Origin: Desulfobulbaceae bacterium
GTDB taxonomy: Bacteria > Desulfobacterota > Desulfobulbia > Desulfobulbales > SURF-16
Direction: 5' to 3'
DNA length: 64,000 nucleotides
Assembly (NCBI GenBank): GCA_020444175.1
Contig: JAHLLM010000027.1
Span: 3,910 to 67,909 of the forward strand
Made by a program: the position numbers and the translations under genes. The notes beneath the pieces were generated by a model. The model made no database searches and had not been told where the DNA came from. It saw nothing but the letters and a program-made list of their open reading frames with translations. Of the stretch, positions 39,087-47,938 are shown piece after piece; positions within the stretch are counted from its first letter, which is position 1, and every line of letters begins with the position of its first letter.

Positions 39087-40763
39087 TCAATAAATTCCCT
39101 GTTGTTCGGTAGCCCACACAGCAAGCTTTTCCCTGAAAATTTTAGCATTATGGCGTATATCTACAGGAAACGAAGGATGTATGAGAAACTTGGTAATTTT
39201 TTTTGTCAAAGGATTTGCCTGGGCAAGTTCTGCCAGTTCTTTAAAAAAGATTTTCTCATCTTCAATAGAATCATACGGTTCTACTATGAGAACTGGCTCC
39301 TGCCGGCCTGCCGGACCAACGCCTACCAGTGCGGACCTGAAAACTTTTGGATGCTCATTAAATATTGCCTCACAGCATATGGTATAGAGTATCTCCTGCT
39401 CGGTTATAACACGATGGGCCTTTCTACCGCAAAACCACAATCGTCCCTGTTCATCAAAGTATCCCATATCGCCCATTCGGTGCCAGAATTTCTCACCGTC
39501 ACCTATTTTGGCGAGCCGATTCTCCGTTTCATTATTATCATAGGCCCGTGTGACCACATCACCTGTAACAATAATCTCCCCTATTTCATTTGCACCAAGA
39601 AAAAAAGCATCCCCTATGTGCTGCACAGGCCCTTCGACTGACTTTATTATTTTTATGATTATTCCGGGAAGAGGTCTTCCCACACAAGTTCCGGCCCCTT
39701 TACGGGTCAGATCCCATGTTTCCGATACGACTTCACTGCCTGTTATAGAGGCTATAGGAAGAGATTCAGTTGCGCCATAGGGAGTAAACACTTCACCGTC
39801 CGGGGCCATGATTTTTTTAACGCGTTCAATAAGCTCGCCTGAAACCGGCGCACCGGCCATGAGAACTTTGTTTACCCCCAACCTGATATTTTCTTTCAGA
39901 CAATAGCGGCTGACAACATTCCAGATGGCCGGTGACCCAAAGGAATAAGTGACGTGATGAGCCTGTATCGAGGCTATAAATTTCTCCGGATCAACTTGGG
40001 CGGGCCGAGTGGGATCCATGTCAGGGATGACTGCACAGGCCCCTAACGCGGTTGAAAAAAGAGCAAAAAGAGGAAAGGCCGGCTGATCTCGATCATAGGC
40101 CGTTATTCGGTAATAATTTCGAATATGCTGCAGTTGAGCATAAAAAATTCCGTGAGTGTACTGTACTCCCTTTGGAGGCCCCGTGCTTCCCGTAGTGAAT
40201 ATTACTGCAGCCAGTTCATCTCTGCCGGAATTCACCATTGAAAAATCATCGTCAGCGCGAGCGGCAAGTCGTTTAATGGATCGCACAAAAGGCAAAGATA
40301 CAGAGCTGACGCAAAACGATAACTTGATACTCTTAAAAGGCTTTCTGAAAATATTTCTAAAAACATAGGCTTTTGGGATGCCGATAAACACCTGGGGTTT
40401 GACTGAGGCAATACAGCGCAGGAGATTTTTGTACCCCATGCCCGGATCGATGAGAATTACCACGGCACCCATCTGAAAAAGAGCAAAAGTAAGACTGACA
40501 AAATCAAGAGACGGTCTCACCATCAGAATGACCCGGTCGCCCTGCCGAACTCCCCCGGCAACCAAGGCGTTGGCATACCGTCTTGATTTTTCGGATAACT
40601 CCCCAAATGACCACTGCTCCCCCCCTTTCTTCGAAGGGGCAATTAAAGCAACGCGATCAGGAAAATGAGCTGCGGCAGATGCCAATGTTTTTGCTATATT
40701 GTAGGAAGTAGCCAATGGACTGTAAGAAAGTTTTGTTGGTAATGCGCCCGCCCCTGAATGCAA
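39087..40763 (-). CDS. oleC: OleC-like beta-lactone synthetase (AMP-dependent synthetase/ligase family)
   Basis: AMP-binding motifs FTTGSTGPPKGV, YGATE and GDMGYFDEQGRLWFCGRK. Sits between the OleB-like and OleD-like genes. Confidence 0.75.
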   Translation of the reverse strand: MHSGAGALPTKLSYSPLATSYNIAKTLASAAAHFPDRVALIAPSKKGGEQWSFGELSEKSRRYANALVAGGVRQGDRVILMVRPSLDFVSLTFALFQMGAVVILIDPGMGYKNLLRCIASVKPQVFIGIPKAYVFRNIFRKPFKSIKLSFCVSSVSLPFVRSIKRLAARADDDFSMVNSGRDELAAVIFTTGSTGPPKGVQYTHGIFYAQLQHIRNYYRITAYDRDQPAFPLFALFSTALGACAVIPDMDPTRPAQVDPEKFIASIQAHHVTYSFGSPAIWNVVSRYCLKENIRLGVNKVLMAGAPVSGELIERVKKIMAPDGEVFTPYGATESLPIASITGSEVVSETWDLTRKGAGTCVGRPLPGIIIKIIKSVEGPVQHIGDAFFLGANEIGEIIVTGDVVTRAYDNNETENRLAKIGDGEKFWHRMGDMGYFDEQGRLWFCGRKAHRVITEQEILYTICCEAIFNEHPKVFRSALVGVGPAGRQEPVLIVEPYDSIEDEKIFFKELAELAQANPLTKKITKFLIHPSFPVDIRHNAKIFREKLAVWATEQQGIY

Positions 40764-40908
40764 TAGAACAAACAGGAGAGAACCACATATATTTAAAATT
40801 CGAAATACAAAGCACGAAATACGAAAAAATTTTGCAATCGTGAATGATCAAAAAATAAAAAATTCCGTTGGTTCGCGACAAAAAAACGAAGCAAACAAGG
40901 AGAAAAAA

Positions 40909-41787
40909 CTAATCCGCTCCATTTTTGGCCAAAAAATTCTCAACAAGCGGGCCGATACTGTCAAAGGCGTCCTCAAGCACATAATGACCAGCATTTTTAA
41001 AGTAGTGGCATTCTGCCTGCGGAAACCTCTTCTGCCACTCCTTATAAAATGCATCATGAAAACAAAAATCCTTCCCGCCCCAGGAAATGAGCATTGGTGT
41101 CTTGGTAAACAATCGTAAACCTTTGTCGATCTCATCGATAGTCCGCCAGGAAGCATCTTTCTCTGTTAAAGGGATATCCTGCACAAATCGCAAGGTGGCA
41201 ATTCTATTTTTCCATGAATTATAGGGAAACAGGTAGCCACGGGCAATTTCTTTTGTCATTTTCCTGGTCACAGCCATATGCACGGCAGCACCGGCAAAGG
41301 CATTCAATCCCTGAATCAAAAGAGGTCCGAGAAAAGGAGTCCTGCATATTTTTATACGCCAGGGAATGCTAGTGGAGTGAAAAGCTGCGGTATTCAGGAT
41401 AACAAGGGATTGAATGGCAACCGGATTCCGTACGGCGTACCCCATACCGATCGCTCCACCCCAGTCATGGACGACGAGAGAACATCTACCTATCTGCAGG
41501 TGATCAAGAAGGCTTTGCAGGTTATCAATATGGTCTTTAAGCCGGTAGGGATACCCTTGAGGTTTGTCAGAAAGACCGCAACCAAGATGATCCGGAACTA
41601 TGACTCGATAGGAACGTTTAAGGAGATTTGCCAGGTTTCGGTAATAAAATGACCAGGATGGATTCCCATGAAGCATTACAACGACAGGGCCCTTGCCAAC
41701 ATCAATATAGGACATTTTGCCATCAGGCAACTGATAAGAAGAGGGAGTAAAAGGATACTCCGAAAGATAATCAGAACTTTCAGTCAT
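40909..41787 (-). CDS. oleB: OleB-like beta-lactone decarboxylase (alpha/beta hydrolase, haloalkane-dehalogenase-like)
   Basis: HGNPSWSFYYRN and the nucleophile-Asp motif VVHDWGG. ATG at 41787 (MTESSD) is preferred over the upstream TTG at 41814. Confidence 0.75.
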   Translation of the reverse strand: MTESSDYLSEYPFTPSSYQLPDGKMSYIDVGKGPVVVMLHGNPSWSFYYRNLANLLKRSYRVIVPDHLGCGLSDKPQGYPYRLKDHIDNLQSLLDHLQIGRCSLVVHDWGGAIGMGYAVRNPVAIQSLVILNTAAFHSTSIPWRIKICRTPFLGPLLIQGLNAFAGAAVHMAVTRKMTKEIARGYLFPYNSWKNRIATLRFVQDIPLTEKDASWRTIDEIDKGLRLFTKTPMLISWGGKDFCFHDAFYKEWQKRFPQAECHYFKNAGHYVLEDAFDSIGPLVENFLAKNGAD

Positions 41788-41858
41788 CCTGTTTAAACCC
41801 TTATTTCGGAACAACAGCTAAAAAGCGTGCATGTTGCAAGTTGGATTGCTGCTTCACG

Positions 41859-42473
41859 TTATGATTTGCCACCAAGGAGCTTATCATGATCCACAACGAT
41901 GGAGTTGTCACTGCTTTCTGCTAATGGACGCGAGGCAGGAAAGGCATTTTCTTTAATTAATTGCTGCAGGTATCCCAAATGCTCCTGAACCATTTTTTCC
42001 GTTTTTTTGCGTTCAGCTATTTCCTTTTCCAGCTGCTCATTCAGGATTGCCAGTTCCTCGGTCTGTTTTTTCAGACTATCACGATGATGTTTCAGATCAA
42101 GGTGCGTCTTGACTCGCGATTTGACGATCCCCATACTAAAGGGCTTTTTTATGTAATCAACTGCACCTAATTTCAGACCTTTTTCTTCCTCTTCGTCATC
42201 GGTAAGTGCAGTAACAAACATCACCGGGATATCACTGGTCTTTTTATCGGATTTCAGTTTTTCACAGACCTCATAGCCATTCATTTCAGGCATCATGATG
42301 TCCAATAAAATCAGATCGGGCTGAGGATCAGAAGCAGCAATTTTAATCCCTTCCTGGCCATTATCTGCAAAAACAACGTCATAATCCTCTTTTAACACCT
42401 CTACAAGAATTCGTATATTTGCTGGAATATCATCAACAAATAAAATTCTACTTTTATTCTGAGGCGCTGACAT
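41859..42473 (-). CDS. response regulator, receiver domain plus C-terminal coiled coil, no recognisable output domain
   Basis: ILFVDD, LILLDIMMPEMNGYEV (phospho-acceptor Asp region), VMFVTAL and KP. The C-terminus is heptad-rich (LKKQTEELAILNEQLEKEIAERKK). Confidence 0.85.
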   Translation of the reverse strand: MSAPQNKSRILFVDDIPANIRILVEVLKEDYDVVFADNGQEGIKIAASDPQPDLILLDIMMPEMNGYEVCEKLKSDKKTSDIPVMFVTALTDDEEEEKGLKLGAVDYIKKPFSMGIVKSRVKTHLDLKHHRDSLKKQTEELAILNEQLEKEIAERKKTEKMVQEHLGYLQQLIKENAFPASRPLAESSDNSIVVDHDKLLGGKS

Positions 42474-42693
42474 GGTGGCTCCTTTTGTAAGAAGTGAGAG
42501 AATTTCTTATTAGAAGTTATAGAATATAAAGAAGTTATAGAATTTAAACAAATATTAAATGAACCATATCTGTATAATTTTTACAAGCTGCCGCAATATT
42601 CCTTGCATTACCAAATATCAAAAAAAGAAATAAAAAACCATGCTTTCCGTTCTATATTCTCTAACTTCTTTAACTCCTCCATTAACTCCTGCA

Positions 42694-43728
42694 TTACCAT
42701 TCCACCCCCAGCATCAGACAGTTTATACCACTGCCGATACCAAGCAAGGCCGCTTTCTCTCCAGACTTAAAAATTCGCCGTTCGAGCCCGATTGCCATGG
42801 TAAGAGGAGCAGATACAGAGCCGACATTACCCCAAAAAGGTAAAGTTGCAAAATTTTTTCCCTCATCAAGTTGTAAAGTTTCAAAAAGTAGGCGGGCATG
42901 AGCCCGACCAACCTGATGACAGAAAAAATGGTCAATATCTTTTTGGTGCCAGGCAAGTTCATCCTGAAAATCACGCCATGTCAGAGCTGCAGTTTCAACA
43001 CCTCTCTTCAGCAGTTCCTCGGAATCTGTTGCCATTAAAATACCTTTGGAAGTGTCCTGAGCCCCCTGACAAAGATTGTTGTAACCTGTATTGGTTCTGA
43101 CAGCTCCGCCTTTCAGGCAGTGGCCTGTATCATGTTCTTTTTTACTTCCCATGACCATGGCAACTGCGCCTGAACCGATTGTAAAAGAGGCAAAACTCGA
43201 TTTAACGGATTTCCTGGTCAATGATTCGTCGCTGAGCAGGTGCTGAATAGTAGACTCAACAAGACTCTCAGCGGTCTCACCGGCCACGACCAGCCCTTTT
43301 TTCAACTGACCCAGTTCAATCATGTTTGCCAGCATGACCATACCGTTTAAAAAACCGAGACAGGCATTGGAAAGATCAAATATCTGGCACTTTTCCGGCA
43401 ACCCCAAATGTCGATGCACAAAAGATGCAGTAGCCGGCTCCATCATATCTCGGGAAACAGAAGTAAATATCAGGCAGCCTATCTCATCAGGAGAAACACC
43501 GGCTGCCTCAAGGGCTTTTTTACCGGCACGGGCGGCGCCTTCACTTGGTTTCGTGCCGTCCAGCCAAAAACGGCGGGCATGAATACCGCTCATTAATTCA
43601 AGTCTCCCCTCGGGGAGCTTTAAGCGTTCATAAACAGGGGCAAGACGCTCTTCGAGTTCTGCAGAAGTAAGCACATGGGGCGGAGCTTCGTAGGCCGGAG
43701 GATAGAGGCAGACTTGGGAATAAAGCAT
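42694..43728 (-). CDS. oleA: OleA-like thiolase (FabH-like head-to-head Claisen condensing enzyme)
   Basis: Thiolase fold with active-site Cys in FDLSNACLGFLNG, SRDMMEPATA, and late H/N motifs (FFCHQVG, WGNVGSVS). 344 aa. Co-linear with oleB, oleC and oleD. Confidence 0.72.
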   Translation of the reverse strand: MLYSQVCLYPPAYEAPPHVLTSAELEERLAPVYERLKLPEGRLELMSGIHARRFWLDGTKPSEGAARAGKKALEAAGVSPDEIGCLIFTSVSRDMMEPATASFVHRHLGLPEKCQIFDLSNACLGFLNGMVMLANMIELGQLKKGLVVAGETAESLVESTIQHLLSDESLTRKSVKSSFASFTIGSGAVAMVMGSKKEHDTGHCLKGGAVRTNTGYNNLCQGAQDTSKGILMATDSEELLKRGVETAALTWRDFQDELAWHQKDIDHFFCHQVGRAHARLLFETLQLDEGKNFATLPFWGNVGSVSAPLTMAIGLERRIFKSGEKAALLGIGSGINCLMLGVEW

Positions 43729-43734
43729 CTTCGA

Positions 43735-44538
43735 TCAACCAACCACTTTGCTGACAATATCTGCGTCAAAATAATTAATCCCCATACCGGCATCAACCAC
43801 AAGACATTGCGCAGTCATACCTGAAGAGCGAGGAGAAAGCAGGAACGCGGCAACTGAAGCGGCTTCCGCAGTTTTCAACGCCGCCTTGCGAAGTGTAGCG
43901 GTTTCCGCATAAAGATAGCTGTCCACATAACCTGGAATTCCAGCCGAAGCTGACGTTTTAAGAAGTCCGGGGCAGACTGCATTAAAACGAATTTGTGAAA
44001 AATCGGAAAAGCTTTTGGCAAGGAAACAAAGTGATGACTCAAGAGCGGCTTTCACCGGAGCCATGTACCCGTAATTTTCAGCCGCCATCCTTGTGGTGGA
44101 AATGGAGATTGTCACAACAGACGCCTGTGAGGAGAAAATATTTCTAAAATGATTGCATATTGAAATCAGTGAAAAGCAGGAAATGTCAATCGCCTCCAGA
44201 AAATCTCTTTTAACCGTCTCGTGAAACGGCTTCAACCCTTCAGAATAATTTGCAAAAGCAATAGAATGAACAAGCCCGTCAATTTTTCTGCCGTCAAGAT
44301 ACGATTCAATCTCCTTGCTCACCTTGATGATATTTTCTTCTTGTTCTACATCACAGACAAAAACCTGGGATTCAGGAAAGAGTTTTTCCGCATTTTTACG
44401 ACGCTCCTCACTCCTGACCACATGGATAACTTCAGCCTCTTCAGATTTAAGAACTTGAGCAATGGCGCAGGCAACAGATTTCTTGTTCGCCAGCCCAAAG
44501 ACAACAAATATTTTTTTTTCAATATCAAGGAAACTCAT
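43735..44538 (-). CDS. enoyl-ACP reductase, FabI-like SDR
   Basis: [14 protein letters not shown] (FabI-type N-terminus) and [13 protein letters not shown] (Y-x6-K, compare E. coli NYNVMGLAKASLE). The stop is 6 bp before the oleA start. Confidence 0.78.
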   Translation of the reverse strand: MSFLDIEKKIFVVFGLANKKSVACAIAQVLKSEEAEVIHVVRSEERRKNAEKLFPESQVFVCDVEQEENIIKVSKEIESYLDGRKIDGLVHSIAFANYSEGLKPFHETVKRDFLEAIDISCFSLISICNHFRNIFSSQASVVTISISTTRMAAENYGYMAPVKAALESSLCFLAKSFSDFSQIRFNAVCPGLLKTSASAGIPGYVDSYLYAETATLRKAALKTAEAASVAAFLLSPRSSGMTAQCLVVDAGMGINYFDADIVSKVVG

Positions 44539-44674
44539 AGAAAATTAGGTTTATTTAGTCTGTTGATGACAGAATAATTTTCAAAAATTGTTGCATTGAC
44601 CACTAAAAACAACCGGGCCTAGTCACGAAAAAAAATCAATTGATCAAAAGGATAGTGAAAATGAATTCAGCCTC

Positions 44675-44702
44675 CAGTCCTCAGTCCTCAGTCCTTAGTC
44701 CT
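44675..44702. repeat. heptanucleotide microsatellite (CAGTCCT x3 plus TAGTCCT)
   Basis: Four tandem 7-mers. The FabZ-like stop codon (44695..44697) lies inside the array. Confidence 0.9.
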
Positions 44703-45144
44703 GTTTTAAGGCGCAGGCAAAGCCGACTTTAACAGCAGTTTTATTTCTGACAAGAACCTGACCACTCAGAAACCAGGCTGGACCCACCTGCTCTTTTAGT
44801 CTGACCTTCAAGGTTATCGTATCGCCTGGTCTTACCTCGCGTTTGAATTTTGCTCCTGTTATACGGGTTAAAACAGGAACTCCGGTTATTGCCGCATCAT
44901 CATTTTTATTTTCTTTGCGAATCAGCTCGGAGATAAGAAGAGACCCAGCCTGGAATACAGCTTCACAGAGGATAACTCCCGGCATTATGGGATAATGGGG
45001 GTAATGGCCTTTAAATAGTTCAAGATCTTCTGAAATGGATTTCTGGGCAATAATAGTGTCATTCTCCAGTTGGATAACCTCATCAACCCAAAGAAAGGGA
45101 GGGCGGTGGGGGATTCTTTCTAAAATAAATTCTTTAGAGTCCAC
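44695..45144 (-). CDS. 3-hydroxyacyl-ACP dehydratase, FabZ/FabA-like hotdog fold
   Basis: GHYPHYPIMPGVILCEAVFQ matches the FabZ HFP..PVMPGVL..EA active-site block. 149 aa. Overlaps the FabG-like stop by 11 bp. Confidence 0.82.
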   Translation of the reverse strand: MDSKEFILERIPHRPPFLWVDEVIQLENDTIIAQKSISEDLELFKGHYPHYPIMPGVILCEAVFQAGSLLISELIRKENKNDDAAITGVPVLTRITGAKFKREVRPGDTITLKVRLKEQVGPAWFLSGQVLVRNKTAVKVGFACALKQD

Positions 45145-45874
45145 CGTTCACCTCCAGAACCGACCCGGTTATATAAGCAGCATGTGATCCGGCAAGAAAC
45201 AGAACCGCATCAGCTACCTCCTCAGGAGTCCCAAAACGCCGCATGGGAACCATTTTTTTATATTCTTTAACCTGCTCCTTGGTTAAATCGTTAATCAGTT
45301 CAGTGGCGATAAATCCGGGAGATACGCAGTTAACAGTAATTTTCCGTTTGGCGGTTTCTTTGGAAAGCGACTTCATCATTCCAACCTGCCCTGCCTTGGA
45401 GGCTGCATAATTGGCCTGCCCGGCAAAACCGAGATGAGCCATGGGAGAGGTAATGAAAATAATACGCCCATATTTCTGTTTTACCATGAGCTGAACGGCA
45501 AATTTGGACATAGTATAGGAACCGGTAAGATTAATATCTATAACCCTGTTCCAATCTTCTTGAGGCATCATGGCCAGTACGCCGTCACGTCTTATTCCGG
45601 CGTTGTTTACCAGGATATCGATGGTTTCGTGCTCCTCTTCAATTTCCTGATACAATTTTTCCACAGCCTCATAGTCACTCACATCACATTGGTGGAGCTG
45701 CAATCGTTCACCATGTTGATCCACATCCTTTCTGAACTGCTCCGCGGCATCACGATTGCCACCATAAATACCAATGACAAAAGCACCCTGATCAAGAAAG
45801 GCTGAAGCAATAGCCCTGCCCAGACCACGAGTAGCTCCGGTAACGATAACTTTTTGGTTGGTAAAATCAGACAT
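45134..45874 (-). CDS. 3-oxoacyl-ACP reductase, FabG-like SDR
   Basis: VTGATRGLGRAI, NNAG and YAASKAG (YxxxK). ATG at 45874 (MSDFTNQ) is preferred over the upstream GTG at 45904. Confidence 0.85.
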   Translation of the reverse strand: MSDFTNQKVIVTGATRGLGRAIASAFLDQGAFVIGIYGGNRDAAEQFRKDVDQHGERLQLHQCDVSDYEAVEKLYQEIEEEHETIDILVNNAGIRRDGVLAMMPQEDWNRVIDINLTGSYTMSKFAVQLMVKQKYGRIIFITSPMAHLGFAGQANYAASKAGQVGMMKSLSKETAKRKITVNCVSPGFIATELINDLTKEQVKEYKKMVPMRRFGTPEEVADAVLFLAGSHAAYITGSVLEVNGGL

Positions 45875-46139
45875 AGTAATTCTGTCACTGAATCCACGGA
45901 ACACACGGAAATTTTATTGTATCATTCTTTTTACCGTAGCTTGTGGATATGTAAAATTTATCAGCTGACCAACGTGCATCTCCCTTGCAGGGAGATACTT
46001 TAGAAGTTGTGCTTCGATTGATTTAGAAATATTCTATAACTTCAGTAACTTCTCTTTATTCTTTTAACGTCTTTAACTCCTCGAAATCCTCGTCTTTCTG
46101 CATTCTTCAGTGAATTCCAGAGGGTACGCAGCTGAAAAT

Positions 46140-47549
46140 TCAACTCCGCAAATACGCATCAGCATCGTTGGCAACAATAACACCATAGTTTATGGCCCCA
46201 AGCCAGCCGGACATAATAATGCCTACCGATCCTACATGAAAAAGCCCTGGGACAACTTTAAAAATATTCCTTGAAATATCGAGCCCAGGAAATTTTGTAC
46301 CAAAAGAGGTCCCTTTGGTATGCAATGTATACCTGTTGAATGTTTTGGGTGTTGCGGCTTCCAGCCAATCACATTTTTGACGGATATCCGGAATATACCG
46401 TTCAAGATCATTCAGAGAACGTTCAATCATATCCTGCTTTGCCTTCTCGTAGTCTTCATCGGATAACCCGGCCCAATCATCGTAATTACTGTTCATTGAG
46501 GCTACCACTGTATAGTCGGGGTGATCCGGACGTGTTTCAGGATAATAGACAGAGAAAGTCCTGCTCTTTGTATTGAAATCTCGCATCTCAGCGGCATCGA
46601 AACTCTCGGCAGTGGAAGTAAAAAGTAAGTCACCGACCTCGGGGAAAGATTCTCCCTGCCTTATGCCCATATAGACCTGACAGCTTGAATTATTAATCTG
46701 AACTTTGTCAAACTCTCCAAGAAAATCATCAGGAAACACTTCCCGTCCGGCAAGATTATCAACTGTATTTGTTATTCCACTGTTTGAAATAACGCATGGT
46801 GCGGAGATAACCCTCTCCCCCACCGCAACGCCCTTAACCTTCCCTTTTTCGATGATGACATGGTCAACTTTGGCCTTGGTGCTGATGGTCACACCGTTAG
46901 CCAACAGCTCATCACTCATCATACCTATCAACTTATCGGTTCCGCCCCTGAATGTAAAGACACCCTTATTCATAAAATTTGAAAAAACAATGCCATACGT
47001 GATGGCCGGATCATCAAGGGTGGAGCCATTGGCGTATGAAATAGGCTCCATGAGGAGACGATGCACATCCGTGCGCCCGGGAAAAAACTTTTCAAAAAGC
47101 TCCCTCGTGGTCATGGATTGATCGTCATAAAAATTCATTTTACGAACCGTTGTAAAAAAATCATCTATAACGGCTGAAGGTATTCCAAATTTGGAATTGA
47201 GAATCTGTGTAAAATCGACTTTATCAAAGGTTGTTTTCAGGGAAAACTGGGGATTGTCGAAAACAATATTTTTAAGCTGGACAATTGAGTTTTTTATGGA
47301 CTCATTCCAATATTTTCGGCAGGTCTTGACCATTCCGTATGGGAAACCATGCAGGGAAACATCAAAGGTGTGGCCTTTGCGCTTAAACCATGTTGCCAGT
47401 CCACCAAGCCTATGATGATGTTCAAGGAGCAAAACACGGTGACCGGCGCGAGCTAATCGATTTGAAACAGTTAGCCCGCCAAGGCCTGAACCTATAACGA
47501 TAACATCGTAGCTGGAGTCGATTTTGTCTATTGGAGTATAGCTATTCAT
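46140..47549 (-). CDS. FAD-dependent oxidoreductase, phytoene desaturase (CrtI) / RetSat-like family, copy 1
   Basis: N-terminal dinucleotide fold DVIVIGSGLGGLTVSNRLARAGHRVLLLEHHHRLGG. 469 aa, typical CrtI-family length. Confidence 0.75.
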   Translation of the reverse strand: MNSYTPIDKIDSSYDVIVIGSGLGGLTVSNRLARAGHRVLLLEHHHRLGGLATWFKRKGHTFDVSLHGFPYGMVKTCRKYWNESIKNSIVQLKNIVFDNPQFSLKTTFDKVDFTQILNSKFGIPSAVIDDFFTTVRKMNFYDDQSMTTRELFEKFFPGRTDVHRLLMEPISYANGSTLDDPAITYGIVFSNFMNKGVFTFRGGTDKLIGMMSDELLANGVTISTKAKVDHVIIEKGKVKGVAVGERVISAPCVISNSGITNTVDNLAGREVFPDDFLGEFDKVQINNSSCQVYMGIRQGESFPEVGDLLFTSTAESFDAAEMRDFNTKSRTFSVYYPETRPDHPDYTVVASMNSNYDDWAGLSDEDYEKAKQDMIERSLNDLERYIPDIRQKCDWLEAATPKTFNRYTLHTKGTSFGTKFPGLDISRNIFKVVPGLFHVGSVGIIMSGWLGAINYGVIVANDADAYLRS

Positions 47550-47593
47550 ATTTTATATTGAAGTTACAAATATAATTTATATATCAAGTAGTT

Positions 47594-47938
47594 AGAGAAG
47601 TTAGAGGAGTTAGAGAAAAAAGAAATCTTAATCTTAATTGGAAGAAATTGCTTTTGCGTATCCATTCAGTTATTTGTAGGTTGGGTTAATTTCCAATAAC
47701 CTCTGTTCTTGTTGGGTTATAGGTCTTTCAACTTTTTTACTTATTGCTTGCTACCGAAAACCCAACAATTCTGGTAGCATGAAACGAATTTAACCCAACC
47801 TACAATGGAATAACTCATGCGCCTTTTGCCATACAATCAAATCCTCAAATGATTTTGCCGGTGCAGTCACGTAACCAAATTCTCTCCATTCTTTAACTTC
47901 TCTTACTTCTTTTACCTCTTTTCCTTCTCTAACTTCTG
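47594..47938. repeat. nested inverted-repeat region between the two CrtI-like genes
   Basis: Outer arms AGAGAAGTTAGAGGAGTTAGAG (47594..) versus CTCTAACTTCT (about 47928..47938). Inner perfect 15-bp arms TGTAGGTTGGGTTAA (47676..) / TTAACCCAACCTACA (about 47790..). Innermost arms TTGTTGGGTT / AACCCAACAA and GCTACC / GGTAGC. Confidence 0.8.

Noticed and set aside
39060-39641. 193-aa plus-strand ORF.
   Set aside because: It is antisense to the OleC-like AMP-ligase gene. No motifs.
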